Source: Squalus acanthias
Taxonomy: Eukaryota
Reading direction: 5' to 3'
NCBI GenBank assembly: GCA_030390025.1
Contig: CM059432.1
Location: forward strand, 69,876,001 to 69,940,000
DNA: 64,000 nt
The notes beneath the pieces were generated by a model. That model was not told where the DNA came from. It saw only the letters and a list, made by a program, of their open reading frames with translations, and did not search any database. Made by a program: the position numbers and the translations under genes. The stretch's first letter is position 1, and every line of letters begins with the position of its first letter. Positions 1 to 11,762 of the stretch are shown here, piece after piece.

Positions 1-916
1 TGATACTAAAATCGGCTGTGTGGTTGATACTGAAGAAGGAAGCTGTAGACTGCAGGAAGATATCAATAAATTGGTCAGGTGGGCAGAACAGTGGCAAATG
101 GAATTCAATCCGGAGAATTGTGAGGTAATGCATTTGGGGAGGGCTAACAAGGAAAGGGAATACACATTAAATGGTAGGACACTGAGTAGTGTAGAGGAAC
201 AAAGGGACCTTGGAGTGCATGTCCACAGATCCCTGAAGGTAGCAGGCCAAGTAGATAAGGTGGTTAAGAAGGCATACAGAATGCTTGCCTTTATTAGCCG
301 AGGCATAGAATACAAGAGCAGGGGGGTTATGCTTCAACTGTATAAAACACTAGTTAGGCCTCAGCTAGAGTACTGCGTGCAGTTCTGGTCACCACATTAC
401 AGGAAAGATGTGATTGCACTAGCGAGGGTACAGAGGAGATTTACAAGGATGTTGCCGGGAGTAGAGAATCTTAGCTATGAGGAAAGACTGGATAGGCTGG
501 GTTTGTTTTCCTTGGAACAGAGGAGGCTGAGGGGAGACCTTATTGAGGTGTATAAAATTGAGGGGCCCAGATAATGTGGATAGAAAGGACCTATTTCCCT
601 TAGCAGAGGTGTCAAAAACCAGGGGGCACAGATTTAAAGTAATTGGTGGAAGGTTTAGAGGGGATTTGAGGGGAAATTTCTTCACCCAGAGGGTTGTGGG
701 GGTCTGGAACTCACTGCCTGACAGGGTGGTAGAGGCAGAAACCCTAACCACATTTAAAAAGTACTTGGATGTGCACTTGGGATGCTCTAACCTGCAGGGC
801 TATGGACCAAGAGCTGGGAAGTGGGATTAGGCTGGATAGCTCTTTGTTGGCCGGCGCGGACACGATGGGCCGAAATGGCCTCCTTCCGTGCTGTAACTTT
901 CTATGATTCTATGATT
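1..916 (+). mobile_element. CR1-type LINE, RT C-terminal part and 3' UTR (frameshift near 560)
   Basis: ORFs 20-574 and 543-830 carry CR1 motifs (WQMEFNPENC, LYKTLVRPQLEYC, RLRGDLIE, FFTQRVVGVWNSLP). The GGCCGAAATGGCC hairpin and CTATGATT tail follow at about 868-916. Confidence 0.93.
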
Positions 917-1300
917 GAGGCCTAATCAATGATTTATAAAGGTTTAGCATAACTTAAATCTGAGTGGTTAAGCTCTCTCTGTTCCTGCACCCCCTTTAAA
1001 ATTGCAAACGTGTTTTTTGTTGATAGTAGGTCGGGACCCTGCTGTGAACCCGTCGCCATGCGCCTTTAGCAAATGTCGGGTCTGCCAGCGCTGAGCAGAC
1101 CCGACACGCAGCAGCGGGGGAGGCAATTAAAATCATTAGTGGCTTGTTTACAGCCACTTAACAATGCTTTCTTCCCAGCTTTTTGAATTTGACAGGTCGC
1201 CCACCGGTTTCCCGCTGTGCCTAGACCTTGTCTGTGAAGCTGAGGCGGGAGGTCACTTGCCATTGTTTCAGCTGCTGAGTTGACAACTTCAAATATCAAG

Positions 1301-1520
1301 TCAAAGCTTTGATTGCTTCTTGTCCCTTGCCATAACTACTCTAAACCTAATGATATTGTGATCACTGTTATGCAGATGCTCTCCCACTGAAACATGCTCC
1401 ACTTGCCCCACTTTATTCCACAGAAGTAGATCCAGCACTGCTCCCTTCCTCATTGGGCTAGAAATATAATAATCAGGAAAGTTCTCCTGTACAAATTTCA
1501 GAAACTCCTCCCGTCTGCCA
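1301..1520 (-). mobile_element. CR1 ORF2 endonuclease fragment, degenerate
   Basis: Translation EEFLKFVQENF...LDLLL...VGEHLHNSDHNIIRF matches the end of the APE domain. Confidence 0.8.
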
Positions 1521-1742
1521 TCTCTCAGGACAACTGCAAATTCCATGCCTCCGCCTTCTCACTCAGAGCCGCACACCACTGGAATGTAGGAAATAGCACC
1601 AGGCTTTCTCAGAAGGTGTCAGAAGTGGCTTCCTACCAGGAACAATGAACCTTTTGTAGAAATAAGCAGCTAACCACCTCTTGTGATACTGACCCTCAGA
1701 TTGCATCCAAGAGAAGCACTAGAACAGGTGAAAGATAAGCAT

Positions 1743-1958
1743 TAATACAATAGCAAAATACTGCGGATGCTGGAAATCCGAAATAACAACAGAAAACGCT
1801 GGAAAAACTCAGCAGGCCAGGCAGCATCCGTGGAGAGAGAAAGAGAGTTAACGTTTCAGTCTGATGAAAGGTCATCGACCTGAAACGTTAACTCTCTTTC
1901 TCTCTCCACGGATGCTGCCTGGCCTGCTGAGTTTTTCCAGCGTTTTCTGTTGTTATTT
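1743..1958. mobile_element. Penelope-like element terminal fragment forming a 79-bp-arm inverted repeat, with a 14-bp TSD
   Basis: Arms 1781-1859 and 1880-1958 are reverse complements. TGAAAGATAAGCAT is duplicated at 1729-1742 and 1959-1972. The same sequence lies 3' of a Penelope-type ORF end at 36765-37987. Confidence 0.85.
1857..1893 (+). ncRNA. Minimal type I hammerhead ribozyme (Penelope-associated)
   Basis: CTGATGA-A-AGGTC-ATC-GACCT-GAAAC-GTT-AACT: both core boxes, a 5-bp stem II and a palindromic AACGTT stem III. Confidence 0.8.
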
Positions 1959-2290
1959 TGAAAGATAAGCATGTTTATCTACCCAAGGGAAGCACAGTGT
2001 TGGACAAGAGTAGTTTGGCTTCTGTTCGTTTTGAAGTTTGTCGTATTAAATTCGAATGTGCAGTTACCTTGCGCTTTGTTATTCATTGAGATTAGAGTCA
2101 TATAGGAAAGGGTACACTTATTTGATGCTGACTTATTTGGTCAGGTGATGATTATTGGCATGGCCATGTAAGAGCAAATAGGGAAGATGTTTTTTAATAC
2201 ATAGATACATAGAAGATAGGAGCAGGAGTAGGCCATCCGGCCCTTCGAGCCTGCTCCGCCATTTAATGAGATCATGGCTGATCCTCCAAT

Positions 2291-5239
2291 TCAGTATCCC
2301 GTCCCCGCCTTCTCTCCGTAACCCTTAACCCCTTTTGCCTGTAGAAATATATCTAATTCCCTCTTAAATATATTTAATGAGCTGGCGTACACTGCCCTCT
2401 GTGGCAATGAGTTCCACAGGTTCACCACCCTCTGAGTGAAGAAATTCCCCCTCATTTCTGTCCTAAATGGTTTAGCCCTTATCCTTAAATTATGTCCTCT
2501 AGTTCTGTTCTCACCCGCCAAGGGAAACATTCCTTCTGCATCTAGTCTGTCTAGACCTGTCAGAATTTTATACACTTCTATGAGGTCCCCTCTCAATCTT
2601 CTAAACTCCAGTGTGTACATCCCTAAACTACATAGTCTCTCCTCATAGGTCAATCCCGCCATTCCTGGTATCAGCCTGGTGAATCGCCGCTGCACCCCCT
2701 CCATGGCAAGAACATCTTTCCTCAGATGAGGCGACCAAAACTGTACACAGTACTCGAGGTGTAGTCTCACCAGTGCCCTGTACAGCTGCAGCAAGGTATC
2801 CCTGTTCCTGTATTCCAACCCTTTTGCTATGAAGGCCAGCATACCGTTTGCCTTCTTGACCGCCTGTTGCACCTGCATGCTCGCCTTCAGTGACTGGTGT
2901 ACAAGAACACCCAGGTCTCTCTATACTTCCCCCTCTCCCAATTTATTGCCATTTAAATAATAATTTGCCCTCCCGTTCCTGCACCCAAGGTGGATAACTT
3001 CGCACTTGTCCACATTATAGTGCATCTGCCATTTATCCGCCCAATCACCCAGTCTGTCCAAATCGCTCTGGAGCTTCCTGGTCTCCTCCTCTGAGCCCAC
3101 CCCCCCTCCTAGTTTAGTGTCGTCTGCAAATTTGGAAATGCTGCATCCGACTCCCTGATCCAGGTCATTAATGTAAATTGTGAACAGCTGGGGACCCAGG
3201 ACAGATCCCTGTGGTACCCCACTTGTTACTGCCTGCCATTCAGAAAATGAGCCGTTTATTCCAACTCTCTGTTTTCTATCTGACAGCCAGTTCTCTATCC
3301 ACGTCAATACTTTCCCCTTTATCCCATGAGCTTCAATTTTCCATGCTAATCTTTTATGTGGGACCTTGTCGAAGGCCTTTTGGAAGTCCAGGTACACCAC
3401 ATCTACTGGCTCTCCCCCATCTATTTTACCAGTTACTCCCTCAAAAAATTCCAATAGATTAGTCAAGCACGATTTACCCTTTGTAAATCCATGTTGACTC
3501 TGTCCTATCCTGTCCCCATTTGCTAAGTGCTCCGCTATTTCATCCTTAATGATGGACTCCAGCATTTTGCCCACAACTGATGTAAGGCTTACAGGTCTGT
3601 AATTACCTGCTTTTTCCCTACCCCCCTTTTTGAATAGTGGGGTAACGTTAGCTACCCTCCAATCCATGGGCACTGTTCCCGAGTCTAATGAATTCTGAAA
3701 AATCATACTTAGTGCATCCGCTATCTCTAGGGCCACCTCCTTCAGTACCCTAGGATGCATGTTATCAGGCCCTGGGGATTTGTCCGCCTTCAATCCCTTT
3801 AGCTTCCTTAACACCATATCCTTAGAGATATTGATTTGCGTCAGTTCCTCCTTTGCCAATGTCCCTATTTTTCCCGATATCCCAGGGAGGTGTTTTGTGT
3901 CTTCCTTCGTAAAGACTGACCCAAAGTATGCATTTAGTTGGTCTGCCATTTCCTTATTTCCCGTTATATATTCCCCCGTATCTGACTGCAATGGACCAAC
4001 TTTGGTTTTCACCAGTCTTTTCCTCTTGATATACTTATAAAAGCTTTTGGAGTTAGTTTTTATATTTTCCGCCAGCTTGCTTTCGTAAGCTATTTTGCCC
4101 CTCTTGATTAAGCCCTTTGTCCTCCTTTGCTCTATCTTAAACTGTTCCCAATCTTCCGCTCTGGCGCTTTTTTTGGCTATTTTATACGCCCTATCTTTGG
4201 ATTTTATGCTGTCTCTAATTTCCCCTGTTATCCACGGTTGAGTCACCTTTTTAGATTTCCTTTTATGCCAGATTGGTATAAACAATTTTTGCAATTTTGT
4301 CATTCTATCTTTAAATGCTTGCCATTGTTTATCTACCTCCAGTCCTCCCAGGAACGTTGTCCAATCAGACCTACTCAGTTCCCGTCTAATGGCATCATAA
4401 TTCCCCTTGTTTAAATTCAGGACCTTAGTCTCTGAGTCAATTTCTTCGCTCTCCATTTCGAGTGAGAAATCGATCATGTTATGATCGCTCTGACCCAAGG
4501 GTCCCCGTACAACAAGATTACTAATTAGTCCCTTCGCATTGCACAGTACCCAGTCCAATATAGCCTGTTCCCGAGTTGGTTCCTCGACATATTGATCCAG
4601 ATAACCATCCCTTAAACACTCAAGGAATTCCTCCTCCTCATTATTTTTACTGATTAGGCTAGTCCAATCTATATGTAAGTTAAAGTCACCTATGATGACA
4701 GCTGTGCTCTTATTGCACGCTTCTCTAATTTCCCTCGTGATGCCCTCCCCAACCTCTATTTTACTATTTGGAGGCCTATATACCACTCCTATTAATGTTT
4801 TTCGCCCCTCGCTATTTCTTAACTCCACCCATATAGATTCTGTATTAACTGAGTTAATATCCTTCCTTTCAATTGCATTTATCCCCTCTTTTACCAGCAA
4901 TGCTACCCCTCCTCCCTTTCTTTTTTGTCGATCCTTCCTAAATACTGAATACCCCTGTATGTTAAGCTCCCAGCCCTGCTCACCCTGCAACCATGTTTCC
5001 GTAATCCCAATTAGATCATAATTATTAACCTCTATTTCCACAGCTAATTCATCTACCTTGTTCCTGATGCTTCTCGCATTAAGGTATAAAACCCTCAGGC
5101 TTTTTTTATGCTCACATTTTTTATGAATTAGTTTGGCCCTTTGTTTTTTGTTCCTCACCCTTTTACCATTTATTTCTGTCTGCCTTTCACTTTCCTCTAT
5201 TTCACTACATAGGTTTCTAGCCCCCTGCCATACTAGTTT
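2291..5239 (-). pseudogene. CR1 ORF2 (APE endonuclease + reverse transcriptase) with a single nonsense codon at 2921-2923
   Basis: Motifs [38 protein letters not shown] and FADD. ORFs 2921-5158 and 2291-2878 are in one frame, linked by V*RDLGV (expected VQRDLGV). The frame is open upstream to 5257. Confidence 0.95.
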
Positions 5240-6180
5240 AAATGCTCCCGAACTGCTTTATCAAAAATTACCCCGAGAACATCAGTTCCATCTTTGCACA
5301 GGTGTAGACCGTCCCTTTTGTATAGGTCACACCTACCACAAAACTGGTTCCAATGCCTCAAAAATTTAAAACCCTCCCTCTTACACCACTGCTCAAGCCA
5401 CGTATTTAGCCTAACTATCCTGTTCTCTGTACTCTTACTAGCACGTGGCACTGGTAGTAATCCAGAGATTACTACCTTCGAGGTCCTACTTTTTAGCTTG
5501 GCTCCTAACTCCCTAAATTCTACTTGTAGGACCTCTTCCCTTTTTTTAGCTACGTCGTTGGTACCAACATGTATCACGACAACTGGCTGTTCCCCCTCCC
5601 CCTCCAGAATGTTCTGCACCCGCGCCGAGACATCCTTGACCCTTGCACCAGGGAGGCAACATACCATCCTGGAGTCTCGGTCGCGACCACAGAAACCCCT
5701 ATCTATTCCCCTTACAATCGAATCCCCTATTACTATAGCCCTGCCACTCTTTTTCCCTCCCTTCTTTGCAACAGAGCCAGTCATGGTGCCATGAGCCTGG
5801 CTGCTGGTGCCTTCCCCCGATGAGTCATCCCCCCCGACAACAGCACCTAAGGCGGTGAACCTGTTGCTAAGGGAGACAACCCCAGGGGATTTCTGCACTA
5901 CCTTCCTGCCCTTGCTATGCCTTTTGGTCACCCATGTACTATCTACGCTGGCCTTAACCTGCGGTGTGACCAACTCACTAAATGTGCTATCCACAACCCT
6001 CTCAGAATCGTGGATGCTCCAAAGTGAGTCCATCCGCAGCTCAAGGGCCGTCATGCGGTCCCACATGAGCTGCAGCTGGACACATTTCCCGCACACATGG
6101 TTGTCAGGGACACAGGAAGCGTCCCTGATTTCCCACATGTTACAGGAGGAGCATGACACAGGTCCGAGCTCTACTGCCAT
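5233..6180 (-). CDS. CR1 ORF1: N-terminal Cys motif, coiled coil, SGNH/GDSL esterase
   Basis: ATG start, 315 aa; CSSC...CGKC; SGNH blocks GDS, PGA, GTND and DGLH. Confidence 0.93.
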   Translation of the reverse strand: MAVELGPVSCSSCNMWEIRDASCVPDNHVCGKCVQLQLMWDRMTALELRMDSLWSIHDSERVVDSTFSELVTPQVKASVDSTWVTKRHSKGRKVVQKSPGVVSLSNRFTALGAVVGGDDSSGEGTSSQAHGTMTGSVAKKGGKKSGRAIVIGDSIVRGIDRGFCGRDRDSRMVCCLPGARVKDVSARVQNILEGEGEQPVVVIHVGTNDVAKKREEVLQVEFRELGAKLKSRTSKVVISGLLPVPRASKSTENRIVRLNTWLEQWCKREGFKFLRHWNQFCGRCDLYKRDGLHLCKDGTDVLGVIFDKAVREHLN

Positions 6181-6629
6181 GACTTAACCCTTATATTACT
6201 TTTTAATTTTCTAGTTTTAGTTTATTTATTGACTTTTGTTTTCCCGAAGCTTACTTAGACCAATGTATACTGTACTCCTCTTATTCCTTTTTAAACTAAC
6301 CGAATCCCACTAGTTTTAGTTTTACTTTCTAGGAAGGTTTGAGGAAAGTACTTACAAGTTAGTCTTACCTCCCTGGTCTTTCGCTGACTTCCCGGTCTTG
6401 TGTCCCCTTGGTCCTACGCCGACTTCCCGCTCCTCCCGGTAACCATCCTGCCCTGCTGAAAAGAAACTGAGACCAAAAAATTTGTGACCTCTGTTTTTAG
6501 ACTGCTAAAAGACTAGTAGGTTAGAGGAGGAGGGCAGGTGGGGGTTCCTACTCTGTAGGAACTCGGGTTTAAGCCACCACCCTCCTTAAATGCCGTTCAC
6601 CTGGGTGCTTCCCACCTGGTCCGCTTCCA

Positions 6630-6894
6630 GTCTCGTCGCTCCCGACAACAGCCTGTGAAGAAAAGCCCGTGAAAGTGAGTTCAAATACTCACAGCACCTC
6701 CGGTCTCGTCGCTCCCGACAACAGCCTGTGAAGAAAAGCCCGCGAAAGTGAGTTCAAATACTCACAGCACCTCACAGCACCTCCGGTCTCGTCGCTGCCG
6801 ACAACAGCCTGTGAAGAAAAGCCCGCGAAAGTGAGTTCAAATACTCACAGCACCTCACAGCACCTCCGGTCTCGTCGCTGCCGACAACAGCCTA
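6630..6894 (-). repeat. Tandem 73/83-bp monomers at the CR1 5' end (three full, one partial)
   Basis: GTCTCGTCGCT recurs at 6630, 6703, 6786 and 6869. Units 2 and 3 carry a 10-bp internal duplication (ACAGCACCTC). Confidence 0.9.
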
Positions 6895-7079
6895 CAATGG
6901 GTACTGGATTGAAGGTTTGGTCCTTTACTTGAAGTTGGGGGGGGGCGTCGGGGGTGGGGGGGGGGTGGAGGCGGGAAGGAGGTAAGGCACTGGTGTCAAA
7001 GGTAGACGGTGTTAAAGAGAAGACTTCAGTGGTGTTCTGATACCCCTTGAAGCAGTCACTGAGGAGTCCTCTGAGTGAA

Positions 7080-8000
7080 AGTCATTGTGATGCTCTCTTC
7101 CATGTACTTTTGCCTCCTTCATGGGCTGCTTCATGAGCATTGTCCAAGTCCAGGCCTTTTTGTATACAACTATGCATGACACACGCTCTGGAGCATACTG
7201 CAGAGCTACTTCCAACCTGTTGAGGCAACAAAAGTTCTCCTTTCATATTCCAGTGGTCATGATGACAACCCTTGTAGAGGAATGTGCCTCATTGTAGTTG
7301 TTTTTTGGGGGGCTACTCTTAATGAGGGCACTATCCATGGAGGTAGGCCATAGGGTTTGTCACCCAGAAACCATCCATTGATACGATTTTCTTCCCTAAA
7401 GAGATCAGGAAGGGCCAAAATTCAAAATCTGAATATATTGTAATAACTTGCAGCATATCTTTTCTTGAATTGTAGGATCCTTTGCATGTTGTCACATTCA
7501 ATCATTTCATTCAAGGAATGGAAGCCCTTCCTGTTGAGGGAGTTTTCTGTAGGAGTTTTCAAAGCAACCTGAGTGACTTCTATTGCACCCTGGACCTTGG
7601 GAAAACCGGCAACCCCAAAAAACTGGATGTCCCTATTTCACTGCTGCCTTTCTGTAATGCTGTGATACCAAATTTAATGAATACATCAGCTCTCCTGTCA
7701 CGTGCATCAGTCAACTGCTGAATGCATTGCCTGTACTGCACCCTGTCTGATATTACAGAGATCCCCATGACTGCCTCAAATGGGCCTGTGCCACAAGAAT
7801 TGAGTGCAATTACCACCTTCATAGCCAGAGAGAGAGCAGTGTGGGCAAATGACTGTGGCTGCAGGTCCTCATGCAATACATGGCAGAGCTGCACTATTAC
7901 CTCTTTGGTGAAGCGCACTCTTCTTAAGTACATCTCCTCACTAATGTTTTCATATGACCTGTGTTGCCTCAATATTCTCAGGGAGGTAAATATCAAATGG
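7080..8000 (-). pseudogene. Degenerate PIF/Harbinger transposase relic
   Basis: YENISEE..RRVRFTKE..LC..LHEDLQP..KVVIALN..QLTDA and ALQYAPERVS match the intact transposase at 46604. Boundaries are approximate. Confidence 0.8.
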
Positions 8001-8898
8001 GGTCCGTCCTGCTCCCTGATTTTCCTTTGCTCCATCCGGTGCTGATCCTCCACCTCTGTGATAATGACATACAAGGGTATGCCTTTAGGGAATGGCATAC
8101 CTGCACCTGAGAATGGGTGAAGGATAACAGGGTCAAAACCTTCTAGTGATCTCACACTTTCAGAAGCAGTGAAAAGCAAGTTCAGGTCTGTGACGGTCTC
8201 AAAAGAGATGGGAAAGTTCGAGGAAAGCTGTCAACTGAGAGTTCTGCTGCTCTTCTTTCTCAACCTAATCTCTCATTCACTAACTGACAGCAAAATATTT
8301 ATTGAAACATTTATCATGTAACTCCCTCTACTAAAAGCTAGGTGTGAAGGCTGTTCATTAGGACACCATTGTAACCTTTTCTGTTTCATTAGATATAGTA
8401 GGTGACAGCGAGTCAAGTCCCAGTACATCTGACCATGCCAGCACTTCATAGCACACACATTCACTCACACTCTTCCCTCTTAAGTACAAACCCAAAAACA
8501 TGCAACCCACAGCATTTAGAGAGTTAGCAAGAGCAATGGCGTAGGCAGGATTTTTTTTCAGGGGGGTTGTTTGGATATGAGATTGCCAGACCAAACAAAA
8601 ACAGATTTCTATGCACAACTAAACACTTGTGGAGAGTTTGCTCATCAACTGGGGAAATTTGTAATGATTAAAAATAGCTTACATTCCCATTGGCTCTTTC
8701 CATCATAGAATTTTAAAAATGGTTCTTTTAAGATTCGAAATGTTGGGTTTGCATCAATTGGAGTTATGTTGGAAATAGTGTAAAGCCAAAATGGTGTTTG
8801 ACTACCTGGTCAAGGTGGTCTTCTGCCAAACACCACATGCCAAACTAATACTGGATTGACTACAGTTGTACCCCCACTATAAAACTGTTTATTCTAAT

Positions 8899-9664
8899 GG
8901 CCCAGAAATTAAACATGGATGGTTCCCGCGGGGGTAAGGATTCCCCGCGATATCGCACTCCGCGCCTACCTTTTTGCTCCGGGCCCACACGAACTTTAGT
9001 TTCAAAGGCTCTCTCTGTTGGAACCGTGCAGTGCTTGCGTGACCCAGAGACGCAATTAGTTCGTGCGAGCTCTGGGATCACGAGTTTCAGTTAGAGCCAA
9101 TGGCAGCACACCATCTTTCATTCATAGTTTTGACGGCAAGAGCTGTCAAAGCTATGAATACTACACCCCCCCCAAAAGAACAGCTAAACCTCAATTAAAT
9201 TTTTTTTTAAAAGCCATCCCATTAATAAAATAAGTATAGTTAAATAAATTAACCACTTTAAACAAAAAATAAAATTTTTGAAAAAATTTTAAATCTTTTT
9301 AAAAGTTATAAAAATAAACTTACCTTTCTTTAAAGTCTCTAAAAAAGATAAACCTGTTGAAAAAATTTAAAATAACACTTAATTAACTACTTACCTTGTT
9401 AAAAGGGGGTCCTACGCCTGCTTTCTTTGTGTGTAAAATCTTCACCACTTACCTGCGCGTTCAAAGCTGAAAAAAAAACTAAGTGCACTGTGTGCGCACA
9501 GCCTGTAGTGCGCACGCGGTTCACTTAGGAACCGCCCCCTTTTCAATTCACGAAGTGCCGGTTTCCCGCGCATGCGCAGTGCATGCAGGAAACCGTCAAT
9601 TCGGGATCTAATACGCGAGAGTACACAGTGCGTACTCTCGCGTATTAGGTTTAATTTTCAGGCC
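8899..9664. mobile_element. Harbinger-type MITE with an AAT TSD
   Basis: TIRs GGCCCAGAAATTAAAC / GTTTAATTTTCAGGCC. AAT at 8896-8898 and 9665-9667. Internal hairpins at about 9121-9158 and 9608-9648. Confidence 0.8.
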
Positions 9665-9767
9665 AATATGACTACTTTGTGCTCCCCACAAGGACAGAAA
9701 AATGATAACTGAAGTAGATCCTTCTGATCTCAGCGCTGAATTAAATCAATAGGATTGAGGAGCATTC

Positions 9768-11762
9768 TACTTGGTTCAATTGGTAACACTCTTGCCTCTG
9801 CATCGGAAGATCTGGATTTAAACTCTATACTTGAATTTGAGTTTGCAATTTAGGCTAACACTCCAGAGCAGTACTGAGAGAGTATAGCATTGTTAGAAAT
9901 GTTAGGGGAGAAATTCGTGTGGCTTGTGCCACACGTTAGCGCCAGGAGATGGCACTAAAATGCTGTTGACAGCTGTAACGACAGCTGATGCCGGTTCCAG
10001 CACCGCATATCAATGGTGCCAGTAGCGCTGCCGGTCACCTCGATCGCCAGGGAACTCGCCATGATGGACATCGTGATGGCAGTGAGGGTGCAATGCTCAC
10101 TGGACGCCCGATCTCCAACATTGGATTTAGCCACTTACCTTAACGGTAGCGCAGACAACAACAGGGAGAGCTGATGTCTACAAGCAGGAAGCAGGCTGCA
10201 GCAGCGATATTTAAAGGCACCATCCCCAATCAGCTGTACCTGACAGGGTTTTGCAGTTTCAGTGCCTGTTTGCTACTTCTTGCAACTGAAACAGCTCTCT
10301 TCAGTTATTTTAAGTATTTTGGTAACAGGTTCATTCAAGTGCAGAAGTCACTCATTATCTGTTAAAGGCTTCTGCTCACAACACTTGCTCACAGTCATGG
10401 GGGCTGCGGGATTGTGGGATTACCTCAGGAGGACAACGAGGCAGAGGAAGATGAGGAGGAAGAGGAAAAGGAGGAGGAGGAATGGGGGGAGGGCGGAGGC
10501 AGCGAGACAATCGGTCTTCTGGATAGGCTGTCCGTGATCGGCTTATCAGACTCTGATTCACATGAATGAAACCCCCGTTGCTCACCACATCCCCATCATA
10601 CAATCCATGTCACATGGCGTAACACAGCGTCCTCCTGGGTGCAAAGGTGAAATGAGAGATACCACAAAATATTCCAAACACCATTAATAAATGTATCTAA
10701 AAACATATCACACATATGACATGAATTCTAATCACTAATGACACTTGTGCCTGCCATAGTTGAATAGCTGTCATTGTGTGCAAGGTGTGAGATGTGGGTG
10801 TGAGTGTTGCTAGGTAGAGATTGTTGCTGGGTGAGTGCTGGGGGTGTGGTGCATTGAGCAGTGTGTGAAGCTTGTGGTACAGATAGTGGTATGTAGCATT
10901 TGTTGAAGCCTTCACTAACCCTGACCACCTGTGTGAGCTCATTAAACTTCCTCCTGCATTGGGTGTGGGACTGGCGAGCACAGTGCTGCCCGTGACGCGG
11001 TGTGCCACCTCCCTCCACATAGTCCGGCAGACTTGTGGCGAGGGCCTCCGGCCAGTTGGTACAGGACTGCCCGCCTTCTCTCCACCACTAAAACCAATAC
11101 CTCCAAAGCTTCCTCGGAAAACCTCTGGGCTCTCTCGCTGGGGCGGCGATCTGCCATCAGCATTTGTAAATAAGTGCTTCTTCTCTTTGTCCTTCTTATG
11201 GTTGTTGAGGCAACTGCACACCCAACAACACTGTGAATGAGGTGTTGCAGCTTCAATGGACTTCCCTTTTAAGTAGTGAAAAAACCCTGTGGCAATCATT
11301 ACTTGCGTTTAGACTACACCTGATATTGGTCTATCTTTTCAGTGTAATGCCAATGACCTTGGGTTTTTAGACTAGAATCATGACTGCAATCATTTACATG
11401 AGGAGTGAGGACGAATTTTGCGTGCAGTCTAGATGATTTTCAACTGGCGCTACTTAACCATTTTTAGTCTAAACACCGCCCACATTCCTTGGCTATAATG
11501 AATTTCTAGCCTGTTGTTTTTTGGATGAGACATTAAACTGCTTAACTATTTGGATGAGTATTGAAAGAAGGACAGGGAGTTCTCTCGTGTCTCAGTTAAC
11601 ATCCTCCCTCAAACTAATACCACCAAATAAAACAGATTAACTGGTCATTTTTGTGGGACATTGCTGGTACAAGCATTTGCCTAAATAAAAACAGTCATGG
11701 CATTCAAAAATAATTCATTGTGTTTTAGTGTAAAAGGGGGGTATACAAATACAAGTATTGTT
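9768..11762 (+). mobile_element. Deu-domain (SacSINE1-like) SINE split by the Harbinger derivative at 9905-11511
   Basis: The tRNA-like head (9768-9903) and its continuation (11512-11762) are colinear with the uninterrupted copy at 39384-39780. Confidence 0.7.
9905..11511. mobile_element. Internally deleted Harbinger derivative: transposase 5' stub on +, Myb/SANT exon 1 on -
   Basis: TIRs GGGGAGAAATTC / GAATTTCTAGCC. Minus-strand translation RAQRFSEEALEVLV..RRAVLY and QCRRKFNELTQVVR followed by GTCAGT. Confidence 0.8.

Larger units (their letters stand above)
2197..6894 (-). mobile_element. Near-intact full-length CR1 LINE (tandem-repeat 5' UTR, ORF1 esterase, ORF2 APE-RT, 3' hairpin and microsatellite tail)
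   Basis: Colinear 5' UTR, intact ORF1, ORF2 with one stop codon, and a (TATGTATC)-type tail at about 2197-2215. No convincing TSD. Confidence 0.95.

Noticed and set aside
2921..2923. Programmed stop readthrough in CR1 ORF2
   Set aside because: The homologous site is a sense codon in other copies (EQRDLGV in the copy at 20-574); a point mutation is simpler.
3211..6187. Plus-strand ORFs opposite the CR1 genes
   Set aside because: Antisense shadows of coding sequence, with no motifs.
6630..6894. CRISPR-like repeat array
   Set aside because: The units are wholly repeated with no unique spacers, there are no cas genes, and the context is a eukaryotic LINE 5' end.
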